DNA from: an uncultured Gemmatimonadales bacterium
GTDB lineage: Bacteria; Gemmatimonadota; Gemmatimonadetes; Gemmatimonadales; GWC2-71-9
Length of the DNA stretch: 64,000 bases
Assembly (NCBI GenBank): GCA_963695555.1
Contig: CAVOGR010000005.1
Span: 320,001-384,000 of the forward strand
Direction of reading: 5' to 3'
Under the pieces are notes generated by a model, which was not told the DNA's origin, did no database searches, and worked only from the letters and a program-made list of their open reading frames with translations. The translations under genes and the position numbers were made by a program. This document shows positions 30,040-39,952 of this stretch, in pieces (positions within the stretch are counted from its first letter, which is position 1; each line of letters begins with the position of its first letter).

Positions 30040-31986
30040 ATGAGCGGAATCTGTGGATTCCTCTACCACGACGATCGTCCGGTGCCGCGGGAGCCCGTCC
30101 ACCGGATGCTCGATGCCCTGACGTCCTGGGGTGACGGCCCCACGGAAGCCTGGGTGGCGGAGAGCGGAGATCCGCCAGTGGGCCTTGGGTGCCGGGTGAT
30201 GCGGGTGACGCCCGAGGACATGTTCGAACGCCAGCCGCTCCGATCGCGGGACGGCCAGCTGGTACTGGTGGCAGATGCGCGGATCGACAATCGCGCCGAG
30301 TTGGCCTCGGCGCTGGGGCTGGGCCAGAGCGCAGAACTCCCTGACAGCGCCTATATCCTGGCCGCCTACGAGGCGTGGGGAGATGCCGCTCCCGAGCGCC
30401 TCTTGGGCGATTTTGCCTTTGCCCTGTGGGACGCTCGGCGACGCTCCCTTATTTGCGCGCGGGATCACATGGGTCAGCGAGTCCTGTTCTACCACGCGAT
30501 CCCTACTGCACTGGCCGTGGCGTCCTCCATCCCTGCACTGTTGGCGTTGCCGCACGTGGTGCCAAGGCTGAATGAACAGAAGGTCGCCGAATCCCTCGTA
30601 TCGATCCAGGAAGCTGGAACCACCTTCTACCAAGACGTGCGACGCCTACCTCCGGGTCACCTCCTGGTGGCCACAGCTGATAGCCTCGTCACACACCAGT
30701 ACTGGAGTCCGGAGCCAACCACACGGATCGTGTTGGGCTCCGATCGTGAATACGAAGAGGCATTCCTGGACGTGTTCGGCGCCGCAGTCGGTGCCCGGCT
30801 TCGGTCGAGCGGCCCGGTCGGGATCATGTTGAGTGGCGGGTTGGACTCATCGGCCGTCGCGGCCGTCGCGGCAAAGCAGCTCCGGGCTCAGGGCCGTCGC
30901 TTGACGGCGTTTCACGCCGCACCGCGGTTGGGGTTCCAGGGCAAGGCGCAGTCGGGGTGGATTCCGGATGAATCGGATGATGTGCACGCCATTGCGGCCG
31001 TGCACGAGAACCTCGATGTGACGGTGTGCCGCCCGGATGGCCGGACCCCACTCGATCAGATCGAGGCTCACTTTGCGTTGCTGGGGGCGCCCATCCGCAA
31101 TGCCAGCAACCTTCCCTGGGTGGAAGCGATTCAGGAACAGGCACGAGACCGTGGCATCCGGGTATTGTTGAACGGGCAGAAGGGGAACGCGACGATCAGC
31201 TTCTCCGGCCTCCGAACGCTGCGGGAGACTGCGGTCCGGCTCCGCTGGCGTCAGCTGTATCGTGAACTCAGGGCTGCGTCCGCGCGTGGCAAGCGGCCGG
31301 TCGAGATGCTCAAGCATCAAGTGGTGCTCCCGCTCGTTCCACCCGTGCTCCTCAAGGGCTACGGCCGCCTACGGGGCAGCCGGCCCGAGCCCATCTGGAC
31401 CCGCATGTGCTCGGGCATCAATCCCGCGTTCGCCGCCGAGTGGAAGCTCGAAGAGCTGGCGCGGGAGCGGGGACGAGACGCGATGACCCACATGCGGGCG
31501 TCCGCAACCGACTACCGCGTGCAGGTGCTCACGGCCACCGGCGACGGGCCGGATATTCCGCACACGTTTCGGGCACGCTACGGCGTTGAAGGTCGCGACC
31601 CGACGGTTGACGTGCGGGTCGTCGAGTTTTGTCTGGCGATTCCGGGGTCACAGTATCTGCGCGACGGCCGGGACCGGTGGCTCATTCGGAGGGCTATGGC
31701 GTCACGGCTTCCCGAGCGCGTGGTACACCGGACCACCCGCGGTGCTCAGTCCGCCGACTGGAGCGAATGGTTCGGTACCATGCGGGGCGAGATCGAGGCA
31801 GAGCTCGGGCGATTGGAGCGCTCTGACACGGCGCAGCGATGTCTCGACCTGCCGCGCTTGCGAGGACTGGTCGATCGCTGGCCGGGCGCGCTCGGACCCG
31901 AGCACCAGGCCGACTACGCCCTGACTCTGCTCAACGCCATCGTGATGGGGCGGTTCATCCGGTGGTTTGAGGAGCGGTACGCGTGA
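30040..31986 (+). CDS. Lasso cyclase C (asparagine synthetase-like)
   Basis: MSGICG (Ser replaces the Ntn Cys), ADARIDNR, LLGDFAFA, LSGGLDSSAV. Confidence 0.93.
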   Translation: MSGICGFLYHDDRPVPREPVHRMLDALTSWGDGPTEAWVAESGDPPVGLGCRVMRVTPEDMFERQPLRSRDGQLVLVADARIDNRAELASALGLGQSAELPDSAYILAAYEAWGDAAPERLLGDFAFALWDARRRSLICARDHMGQRVLFYHAIPTALAVASSIPALLALPHVVPRLNEQKVAESLVSIQEAGTTFYQDVRRLPPGHLLVATADSLVTHQYWSPEPTTRIVLGSDREYEEAFLDVFGAAVGARLRSSGPVGIMLSGGLDSSAVAAVAAKQLRAQGRRLTAFHAAPRLGFQGKAQSGWIPDESDDVHAIAAVHENLDVTVCRPDGRTPLDQIEAHFALLGAPIRNASNLPWVEAIQEQARDRGIRVLLNGQKGNATISFSGLRTLRETAVRLRWRQLYRELRAASARGKRPVEMLKHQVVLPLVPPVLLKGYGRLRGSRPEPIWTRMCSGINPAFAAEWKLEELARERGRDAMTHMRASATDYRVQVLTATGDGPDIPHTFRARYGVEGRDPTVDVRVVEFCLAIPGSQYLRDGRDRWLIRRAMASRLPERVVHRTTRGAQSADWSEWFGTMRGEIEAELGRLERSDTAQRCLDLPRLRGLVDRWPGALGPEHQADYALTLLNAIVMGRFIRWFEERYA

Positions 31987-33812
31987 CGCCGAGCGCGAAG
32001 TCCGGCTCGTCCAGCGGTGGGCTGAAGGTCAGCCTCGCGCCGCTCATGCGCGGGATCAGGCTCATCTGGAAGAGTTCCCCAGGCTGGTCGCTGACTCAGG
32101 TCGTCGTCCTCGTGGTCCAGGGGGTGCTTCCCCTGCTCTCGCTGTACCTCCTGAAGCTCATCTTCGACGCAGTGGAAGCCGCGTTGACGGACTCACTGGG
32201 AGCGGCGGGCCTCCGCCGAGTGGTCATTCTCATCGCCGTCGCGGCCGGTGTCGCCGTTTTCTCTGCCGTCATGCGGGCACTGGGCGCCCTGGTGCGTGAA
32301 CTCCAGGCGTTGACCCTCACCGACACCGTCCATGAGGTGCTGCACGACAAGTCCGTCGAGGCCGACCTCGAGTACTACGAGAGCCCCGAATACCATGACA
32401 CCCTCCATCGCGCTCAACAGGAGGCGCTGGTCCGTCCCACCCGAATCGTTGCGGAGGTCGCGCAGGTCGGGCAGAATGCCGTGTCCCTGCTCGCCATCAT
32501 GGGACTCCTCATCTCCCTGCATTGGGTGTTTGCGGCGGTGCTGCTGGCCGCGGTCGTTCCGGGACTCTTCGTCAAGATCTACTATTCCCGGAACCTCTAC
32601 CGCTGGCTCCAGCGCCGCACCCCGATTATTCGGCGGACCCACTACCTCAATTCGCTCCTGACCGGCGGCGCCTTCGCGAAGGAGGTTCGCTTGTTCGGGC
32701 TCGGCGCCACGCTCAAGGAACGGTTCCGCGACATGCGCCGCATCGTGCGCGTCGAAAAGATGCGCCTCGTGACCCGGCGCTCGGTGTTCGAGCTGGTCAC
32801 CCAGGTAGGGGGCGTGCTCGCCGTCTTCGCCTCGCTCGTCTTCATCGCGCAGCGTGCCGTGGCCGGCGCCATCACCATCGGTGACATGGTCATGTACTTC
32901 GGCGCCTTCCAGCGGGGTCAGGACTTCTTCCGCGAAATGCTCAGCGGTCTGGCAGACCTCTACGAGGACAACTTGTTCCTGTCTGACCTCGATGCCTTCA
33001 TGACCCTGAAGCCCCGGGTCATCGACCCCCCGGATCCTCGACCGTTTCCCCGTTCCATCGAGCAGGGAATCACCCTCGAGAACGTAACGTTTCACTATCC
33101 GGGACTCGAGCATACCGTCCTCGAGGATGTCTCGTTCCAGATCCGCCCCGGCGAACATGTGGCACTGGTCGGCGAAAACGGCTCGGGGAAGACCACCCTC
33201 GTCAAGCTACTGTGCCGTCTCTATGATCCCGATCACGGCTCCATCCGGGTTGATGGCACCGATCTGCGCGACTACGCGCTCGGGGATATTCGCCGGCAGA
33301 TCAGCGTGATCTTCCAGGATTTCGTCCACTACCACATGTCGGCAAGGGATAACGTGTGGTTCGGCGATGTCAGCGTCGACCCGGCGAGCGAGCGGATCAG
33401 CGCCGCGGCGGCCAGGACCGGCGCCGACCGGCTGATTCGTGGTTTACCACATGGGTACGACACGGTGCTCGGCCGGGAGTTCGAGGAAGGAGCGGAACTC
33501 AGCCTCGGCGAGTGGCAGAAGATTGCCTTGGCCAGGGCCTTCCTGCGCGAGACGCAGATCATCGTGCTCGACGAGCCGACAGCCTCGCTGGATCCGCGCT
33601 CGGAGGCCGAGGTGTTCGCGCGGTTCCATGAGCTTGCGCGAGGCCGCACGGCGATCCTCATCAGCCACCGGTTGTCGACGATTCGGATGGCCGACCGCAT
33701 TCTGGTGCTGGCCAATGGGCGGATCGTCGAAGCCGGTACGCACGACGAGCTGATGCGGTCCGGAGGGCAGTACGCCGAATTGTACGAAATTCAAGCGAGT
33801 AAGTACCGGTGA
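31983..33812 (+). CDS. ABC exporter (TMD+NBD), lasso D
   Basis: TM region, GENGSGKTT, LSLGEWQKIALARA, LDEPTASLD. Confidence 0.93.
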   Translation: MTPSAKSGSSSGGLKVSLAPLMRGIRLIWKSSPGWSLTQVVVLVVQGVLPLLSLYLLKLIFDAVEAALTDSLGAAGLRRVVILIAVAAGVAVFSAVMRALGALVRELQALTLTDTVHEVLHDKSVEADLEYYESPEYHDTLHRAQQEALVRPTRIVAEVAQVGQNAVSLLAIMGLLISLHWVFAAVLLAAVVPGLFVKIYYSRNLYRWLQRRTPIIRRTHYLNSLLTGGAFAKEVRLFGLGATLKERFRDMRRIVRVEKMRLVTRRSVFELVTQVGGVLAVFASLVFIAQRAVAGAITIGDMVMYFGAFQRGQDFFREMLSGLADLYEDNLFLSDLDAFMTLKPRVIDPPDPRPFPRSIEQGITLENVTFHYPGLEHTVLEDVSFQIRPGEHVALVGENGSGKTTLVKLLCRLYDPDHGSIRVDGTDLRDYALGDIRRQISVIFQDFVHYHMSARDNVWFGDVSVDPASERISAAAARTGADRLIRGLPHGYDTVLGREFEEGAELSLGEWQKIALARAFLRETQIIVLDEPTASLDPRSEAEVFARFHELARGRTAILISHRLSTIRMADRILVLANGRIVEAGTHDELMRSGGQYAELYEIQASKYR

Positions 33813-35113
33813 CCGACACGATGACGGCAAGGGAGACCGCCTCTCTCGAGAGCCCCGCCTTCCAGGATCAACGGGTGGCGCTCGACTTCCTGGTCGCCAA
33901 CCTCCGCCAGAACCGGTCCGGCGCCACCATGAAAGGCCTGACGCCCGCCGTGTGGGACAGTGTGGCGGCCCAGTCGGCCCAGCAGAAGCTGGGGCCCCTT
34001 GCCTATCATCGGCTCATCACTGGACTGGACGCGCTGCCGATGCCGGAGCCGGTTCGCGAGCGGTTGCGAACCTTCTATGCCGTAGGGCAACTGCGCACTA
34101 CGCTGCTGCTCAGAGATGCGACCCATGTGATTGGAGCGCTGCAGGCGGCCGGTCTGTCCGTGATGGTGTTGAAGGGCCTCCACCTTGCCATGCAGGTGTA
34201 TTCGGAACCGGGACTCAGGACCATGTCCGACATCGACATCATGGTGCCGGAGCGCGACCTGGCAACGGCCGAGGCGGTGCTCGTGGGTCAGGGTTTCGGT
34301 CCTCAGCCGAGGCCCGATATTCAGGAGTTCTGTCGCCGGTCCAACCACCTTGCCCGCCTCAGCCGTCCGAAGGCGGTACCGGTGGAGGTGCACTGGACCA
34401 TCGAGCGTCCGACCAGCCCGTTCACCATCGACGTTGACGCGCTCTGGAGGCGTTCGCAGACGATTGCGCTCGGGGGCCTCGAGGTCCTGGCCTTGTGCCC
34501 GGAGGACCTGCTACTCCACCTGTGTCTGCACACCTCGTATCATCATCGCTTCGATCGGATGGCGCTCAAGGGACTCGTGGATATCGACATGGTGGTGGCA
34601 GCGTTCGAGGGTCGCCTCGATTGGCGGCAAGTCGCTCGGACGGCGCGGGACTGGAGCGCCGGGTCATATGTCTACAGCACCTTGCGGCTGGCGACCATGA
34701 TCCTCGAAACACCGGTGCCCAAAACCGCGCTTGCTGCCCTGGATCGGAAGATGGAGGACGAGGCCGTCGTCGAGCTGGCCCGGCAGTTCGTCCTCACGCC
34801 GATCGTCGATCTCCCGCCCGGCTTCCGTGAGATCCGGCTGTCCAGGTCGCTACCGAAACAGGCGGCCAGCGTTGCGCGGGGGATCTTCCTGCCAAGACGT
34901 CACTTGCGGCGCCTCTACCGCCTGCGGGAGGGATCGCCGTTGGTGTACTTGTACTACGCGGTGCGCGTCTTCGATTTGCTGCGTCACCGCGGCGCCCTCG
35001 GCCTTCAGGTCCTGCTGCACACGCGACGGGTGCAGCCCGCCTTGTTCCGGGAAGCAGCCCGAAAGCGGATCGCCGCGTGGGTCGGGACAATGCCAGCCAC
35101 TCCAGAGGAGTAG
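33809..35113 (+). CDS. Nucleotidyltransferase family protein (NTP_transf_5-like)
   Basis: VLKGLHL...LRTMSDIDIMV, VEVHW, LLHLCLH, LVDID. Confidence 0.88.
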   Translation: MTDTMTARETASLESPAFQDQRVALDFLVANLRQNRSGATMKGLTPAVWDSVAAQSAQQKLGPLAYHRLITGLDALPMPEPVRERLRTFYAVGQLRTTLLLRDATHVIGALQAAGLSVMVLKGLHLAMQVYSEPGLRTMSDIDIMVPERDLATAEAVLVGQGFGPQPRPDIQEFCRRSNHLARLSRPKAVPVEVHWTIERPTSPFTIDVDALWRRSQTIALGGLEVLALCPEDLLLHLCLHTSYHHRFDRMALKGLVDIDMVVAAFEGRLDWRQVARTARDWSAGSYVYSTLRLATMILETPVPKTALAALDRKMEDEAVVELARQFVLTPIVDLPPGFREIRLSRSLPKQAASVARGIFLPRRHLRRLYRLREGSPLVYLYYAVRVFDLLRHRGALGLQVLLHTRRVQPALFREAARKRIAAWVGTMPATPEE

Positions 35114-35146
35114 CACGATCTAAGGCTTCCTCGCAGGCGCAGTGGC

Positions 35147-35932
35147 TCAGGGCTTTCGGGCCTCGATCAGCGCCGACACCACGTAGTCCTCGAGGTTCCC
35201 GCCGGCTGACCACTCCTCGATCAGCTCGCGCTGCTGGTCCTGGGGCCGGATGCTCACGTCCACGAACCCCGCCTCGGCCAAGATCGATTCGATCTGCCCC
35301 GCCGTGATCGCACCGGACACACAGGCGGCGTAGGCCTTCAGGTCTTCCTTCAATGCATCGGGCAGCGGTGCGGAGGCGACCACGTCGGCCACCGCCAGCC
35401 GCCCGCCCGGCTTGAGCACCCGGTAGACCTCGCGGAACACCTGCGCCTTCTCGGGCGACAGGTTGATGACGCAATTGGACATGACGACGTCAGCGGTGCC
35501 GTCGGCCACCGGCACGTGCTCGATCTCACCCAACCGGAAGCTCACGTTGGATATGCCGGCCTTCCGAGCATTGTCGCGGGCCTTGGTGATCATCTCGGGT
35601 GTCATGTCGACGCCGATGACCGTGCCTGAATCGCCCACCTGGCGCGCGGCCAGGAAACAATCGAAGCCGGCGCCTGAGCCCAGGTCCACGACCGTTTCGC
35701 CGGAACACAGTGAAGCGATCGCGTGCGGGTTGCCGCACCCGAGGCCCAAGTTGGCGCCCTCCGGTACTCCGGCAAGTTCCGCGGCCGAGTATCCCATGGC
35801 CGTGGCGAGTTGCGCAGGTTTCGTGGTATCGGGGCCGCATCCGCACCCGCAGCCAGCCTGGTCCTTCACGGCAATGTCGCCGTAGCTCTTACGGACGGTG
35901 GTGCGGAGCTCGTCCGGTGAGGCGTGCTTCAT
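35147..35932 (-). CDS. arsM: Arsenite S-adenosylmethionine methyltransferase
   Basis: LGLGCGNP, DLGSGAGFDC, GVDMTPEM, SNCVINLSP, CVSGA. Confidence 0.95.
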   Translation of the reverse strand: MKHASPDELRTTVRKSYGDIAVKDQAGCGCGCGPDTTKPAQLATAMGYSAAELAGVPEGANLGLGCGNPHAIASLCSGETVVDLGSGAGFDCFLAARQVGDSGTVIGVDMTPEMITKARDNARKAGISNVSFRLGEIEHVPVADGTADVVMSNCVINLSPEKAQVFREVYRVLKPGGRLAVADVVASAPLPDALKEDLKAYAACVSGAITAGQIESILAEAGFVDVSIRPQDQQRELIEEWSAGGNLEDYVVSALIEARKP

Positions 35933-36291
35933 CTCGATGTTCTCCTTTTCGCTTGGCGTGCTGTTGGGCTGACGAAACCGTAAAAGAAGTCTCCCAGGTC
36001 GCGCAACACGTCCGGCTCAACCCAGCAGCGGATCTCACGGCCACACCGTTCGGTCGCGATCAGGCCGGCCCGGGTCAGTTCTTTCAGGTGATGGGAGACG
36101 GTGGACGGGGCGATATCCAGCTCCGCCGCGAGTTCCCCGACACATCGCGGCACGGCCTCATCGGCAGTGCACGCGGTGCCGGGTGCGCAGCAGCTGGACA
36201 GCCGGTGGAAGATCTGGAGCCGGTGCGGGTGGCCGAGGGCCTTGAAGGCATCCGCCAGGGGGGGCACAGCAATAGTTTGATGATTCGACAT
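35929..36291 (-). CDS. arsR: ArsR/SmtB repressor
   Basis: FKALGHPHRL, CC..C and CVGEL Cys residues, STVSHHLKEL. Confidence 0.92.
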   Translation of the reverse strand: MSNHQTIAVPPLADAFKALGHPHRLQIFHRLSSCCAPGTACTADEAVPRCVGELAAELDIAPSTVSHHLKELTRAGLIATERCGREIRCWVEPDVLRDLGDFFYGFVSPTARQAKRRTSR

Positions 36292-36326
36292 ACATCAAAA
36301 TATATGGACCTACCACGCCGCGGCAA
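36272..36326 (-). promoter_or_regulatory. arsR promoter and operator
   Basis: Inverted repeat TTTGATG-N10-CATCAAA (36276-36299) spanning the start codon; minus-strand TTGCCG-N16-TATATT. Confidence 0.7.
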
Positions 36327-36382
36327 CCCCCGGCCCATGCAGACGGGGGTCGCGCGGGCGGGCCGGTCAGCTGATCAGCGGG

Positions 36383-36949
36383 TCAAAACGAGCGATATCG
36401 CGGTGGTGCCATCCCATTCATCCGGAAATAGGGCACCAGCTGGCCGCGGGTCCAGTAGCCGTGCTCCAGCGCCTGGAGATAGACCCGCCACTTGGGCAGC
36501 TTCTGGCCGAACAGGGTGGTCTCCGCCTGGAATTCGCTGGCCGGGAGGTCGCGGAGACTCTGCGTTACCCAGTCATACGCGGCAGTAACCGCTCGGACCA
36601 GGGCTTCCTTGTCGTTCAGATACACGGCCGTATCGCCGAAACTCGGCGTGGGAACGCCGAGGATTCCGATGGCTACGAAGAGCGCGTTGTCCACGGCGGC
36701 ATGCTCCACCTGCTCGGCGAAGTCCCGCACCTCGGGAACCGGGGCCCAGCGGAGCGCCGAATCGGGAATGGCCCGCGCAAAGTCGATGTCCATGGCCTTG
36801 CCCTGCTCGAGTCCCTGGAGCAGCAGCGCTCGGATGCTTTCAACGGCGATGGCGGGCGTCGAGGCACGTTGCTCCTGTGCCGCGGCCGGCCGGGTGCTCG
36901 TTCCAAACCAAACAACCCCCATAAAGACGATCGCAAATCCAGCACGCAT
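36383..36949 (-). CDS. DinB-family secreted protein
   Basis: Signal peptide, FAEQVEH, EHGYWTRGQLVPYFRMNGMAPP. Confidence 0.85.
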   Translation of the reverse strand: MRAGFAIVFMGVVWFGTSTRPAAAQEQRASTPAIAVESIRALLLQGLEQGKAMDIDFARAIPDSALRWAPVPEVRDFAEQVEHAAVDNALFVAIGILGVPTPSFGDTAVYLNDKEALVRAVTAAYDWVTQSLRDLPASEFQAETTLFGQKLPKWRVYLQALEHGYWTRGQLVPYFRMNGMAPPRYRSF

Positions 36950-37229
36950 GACTCAGCCTCCTTGTTGACCACCTGGCCCGCTGGGCCGGTGCATCGGGCG
37001 GTTTTCGTGATAGCCGGGGGCATTCCCCGGCAGCGGTGCCGCCAAAAGAATAGAACGGGGACTGACCCAGGGCCAGAGCGGCTGGCTTGACGGCCTCTTG
37101 ACCCCGGCGTCCCAGGATGGGGCTGAGGTCCGGCGGATCAGTGCTTCATGGGGAATTCACGATGCCTTGGTCGGCATGATGGTAACAGTATGGAGACGGG
37201 TTGACCGCGGGTCGAGCTGGAGGTGCAGG

Positions 37230-38033
37230 GTGTGGGCGTTCGATCTCTCGAAGTGGTACGGCGACTGTGTGAGCGACCAGGGCACGGCGTTCATCGGGTA
37301 TTGGGCACGCGTGCGCTGGGGACCGCTCGTCCTGCCGTATGCTGCCACCCTCCTTCAGGTCCGAGGGCAGGCCACCCAGGAGCGACACACCCTGATTCCC
37401 TGCCCCGAGCCGGTGGTCCGACCACCCGAGCTTCATTGGGATGCGAAAAGGATTCGGGCCCAGGGAGTCTGGCATGTCCAGGTGCCGGGACACAGCCACC
37501 GTCTGGTCCAGTTGCCCGAGGGCTCGATCGACTGGAATTGCCAGGCGCCAAAGGCGGAGTGCCGCATCGACCTCGCGGACGGCACACGGATCTCGGGGCT
37601 GGGATACGCGGAACATATGCGCCTGACGATCCGTCCGTGGCAGCTTCCGTTCGACGAGCTCTGCTGGGGACGTTTCCTCGCCGCCGATGACGCACTCGTG
37701 TGGATCGAATGGCGTGGGCGGCACCCTCGCCAGTGGGTTTTCTACAACGGGCACGAGGAGCCCGGGCCCTCCACCATTGATCCGAATCGTATCGTGTTGC
37801 CTGACGATCGCGGTACTCTCGAACTCACAGACTCTATCGTGCTCCGGGAAGGACGGCTGCTGACCGGCCCGCTGCGGGCGATTCCTGCGGCCTCGCTCCT
37901 GCTCCGCGGCGGGTTGAGACACGCAGACGAAGCCAAGTGGCTGTCGCGCGGGACGTTTACCACTCCGACCCGCACGAGTTCGGGGTGGGCCGTGCACGAG
38001 GTCGTGCGGTTGACGCGGGGTGAGCCATGCTAG
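37230..38033 (+). CDS. Hypothetical protein, possibly tocopherol-cyclase/lipocalin-like
   Basis: GGAGG plus GTG start; LSKWYGDCV, GLGYAEH, LCWGRF; coupled to the next gene. Confidence 0.55.
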   Translation: MWAFDLSKWYGDCVSDQGTAFIGYWARVRWGPLVLPYAATLLQVRGQATQERHTLIPCPEPVVRPPELHWDAKRIRAQGVWHVQVPGHSHRLVQLPEGSIDWNCQAPKAECRIDLADGTRISGLGYAEHMRLTIRPWQLPFDELCWGRFLAADDALVWIEWRGRHPRQWVFYNGHEEPGPSTIDPNRIVLPDDRGTLELTDSIVLREGRLLTGPLRAIPAASLLLRGGLRHADEAKWLSRGTFTTPTRTSSGWAVHEVVRLTRGEPC

Positions 38034-39952
38034 GGAAGCTCCTCTATGGATTCCTCTTCGTGGTGCTGGCCCCGGCGCTCCTCGTGTGGTGGGCCGCGGC
38101 GACCGCCGCGACGGTCACGCTGCCGACGACCCCTTTCCTTTGGGTTGGCCTTCCCGTGATTGCCGTCGGCATTGCGCTGATCGCGGCCGGTATGGGCGCC
38201 CTCATGGTGCTCGGCCACGGCCTTCCCATGAACCCCTACCCGCCGCCGGTCTACGTGGCCCGCGGGATCTATCGGTTGACACCGCACCCCATCTATGTCG
38301 GCTTCGTCCTGTGCTGCTTCGGGACGTCCATCGTGCTCGAGTCGGCGAGCGGGCTCTGGCTCGTCTCTCCGATGGTGGCGTTGGCGCTGACCGCGCTCGT
38401 CATGGGGCACGAACGCCATGACTTGATCCGCCGCTTTGGTAAGGGGGCCATACATCGACCGCTGGTGTCGCTCCCGCCGGATCGCCCGGATGCACCCATG
38501 TGGTGGGATCGCGCGTCGGTGTACCTGCTGGTGTTCCTGCCCTGGGCGGCAGCATTCGAAGCGGTGTACGTGTTGGGTGTGCCTCCGGACGGGATCGTCG
38601 GCTATCTCCCGTTCGAACGCGCTTGGCCGGTGCTCGAGTGGACCGAGGCGGTCTATGCGAGCGTCTACCTCTTCGTCCTGGCGGCGCCGCTGGTCGTGGG
38701 TACGCAGCGCGCGCTCCGCACCATGGCGGTGACCGGGCTGGTCGCGACGGTCGTGGTCACCCTTATCTACCTTACGGTTCCCGTAATCGTACCGCCGCGG
38801 CCATTCGAACCCCAATCGCTGCTTGGCCGAGCGCTCATGTTCGAACGAGCCATGTCGAACACGGTCGGCGCGTTTCCCGCGTTTCATGTCATCTGGAGTC
38901 TCATTGCCGCCGACGCCTGGGCCACCCGGTCTCGCGCCTGGGGCGTGACTGCATGGCTCTGGGCCGCGCTCATCACCGTCAGCTGCATCACGACCGGCAT
39001 GCATGCACTGATCGACCTCGTCGCGGCCGTATCCGTGTTCCTGGTGGTTCGGCATTACCGCCGGGTGTGGGATCTCATGCGACGCGGTGTGGAGGCCATC
39101 GCGAACTCCTGGCACGAATGGCGATGGCGCGGCCTGCGCCTCATCAACTACGGTCTCTACGCCGCGCTCGCCGCGGCGGGAGGCCTCTGGCTTTCCGGAT
39201 CGCTCGGCGGTCCACGGGTGTTCTGGCAAGTTGGGTTCGTCTATCTCGCCGGCCTGCTCGGTGCGGCGCTTTGGGCCCAGCAACTGGAGGGCTCATCCAA
39301 GCTGTCCCGTCCGTTCGGATACTACGGGAGCGTGCTCGGCGCCGTGGCCGCGTCGATCGTCGTCGGCCTCGTGGGTGGAGACACGGTGTTCATCGTTGCC
39401 CTCGTCGCCATGGCCGCCCCGTGGATCCAAGCCATCGGACGCCTGCGCTGCCTGGTTCAGGGCTGCTGCCACGGCAGCGAGGCGCCCGAGGCCGTCGGGA
39501 TCAGGTACTGGGAACCACGCTCCAGGGTGTGCGGGCTGGCCCAGCTCCAGGGCATCCCGCTACATCCCACCCCGCTCTACTCCATTCTGGGAAACCTCGT
39601 GATCGGTGTCTTGCTCTGGCGGCTCTGGTCGCTCGGTGCGGCGGTCGGCTTGGTCGCCGGGGTGTACTTCATGTTGGCAGGAGTCGCTCGCTTCATCGAA
39701 GAGTCCTACCGCGGTGAACCGCAGACACCATGTATCGGTGGCCTGCGACTCTACCAGTGGATGTCGCTCATGTCGATGGGATTCGGTATCGCGCTCACAC
39801 TACTCCCCGGCGCGAGCGCGCCGGGCCTCGTTCTGTCGTTCGATGTGAGGCTGGTGGTGGGCGCTATCCTGTATGGCATTCTGGCCGGGTTCGCCATGGG
39901 CGTTGACTTCCCGGCCTCGGCGCGGCGGTTTGCCCGGCTCGCATCACCCTAA
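38027..39952 (+). CDS. Membrane fusion protein: PEMT/ICMT-like methyltransferase + PAP2-like + Lgt-like domain
   Basis: PMNPYPP...GIYRLTPHPIYVGF; AFPAFHV...TGMHALIDL; IGRLRCLVQGCCHG...HPTPLYS...RFIEESYR. Confidence 0.8.
   Translation: MLGKLLYGFLFVVLAPALLVWWAAATAATVTLPTTPFLWVGLPVIAVGIALIAAGMGALMVLGHGLPMNPYPPPVYVARGIYRLTPHPIYVGFVLCCFGTSIVLESASGLWLVSPMVALALTALVMGHERHDLIRRFGKGAIHRPLVSLPPDRPDAPMWWDRASVYLLVFLPWAAAFEAVYVLGVPPDGIVGYLPFERAWPVLEWTEAVYASVYLFVLAAPLVVGTQRALRTMAVTGLVATVVVTLIYLTVPVIVPPRPFEPQSLLGRALMFERAMSNTVGAFPAFHVIWSLIAADAWATRSRAWGVTAWLWAALITVSCITTGMHALIDLVAAVSVFLVVRHYRRVWDLMRRGVEAIANSWHEWRWRGLRLINYGLYAALAAAGGLWLSGSLGGPRVFWQVGFVYLAGLLGAALWAQQLEGSSKLSRPFGYYGSVLGAVAASIVVGLVGGDTVFIVALVAMAAPWIQAIGRLRCLVQGCCHGSEAPEAVGIRYWEPRSRVCGLAQLQGIPLHPTPLYSILGNLVIGVLLWRLWSLGAAVGLVAGVYFMLAGVARFIEESYRGEPQTPCIGGLRLYQWMSLMSMGFGIALTLLPGASAPGLVLSFDVRLVVGAILYGILAGFAMGVDFPASARRFARLASP

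Noticed and set aside
30040..31986. Housekeeping asparagine synthetase AsnB
   Set aside because: Lacks the N-terminal catalytic Cys (MSGICG) and sits with B1, B2 and a precursor, so it is a lasso cyclase
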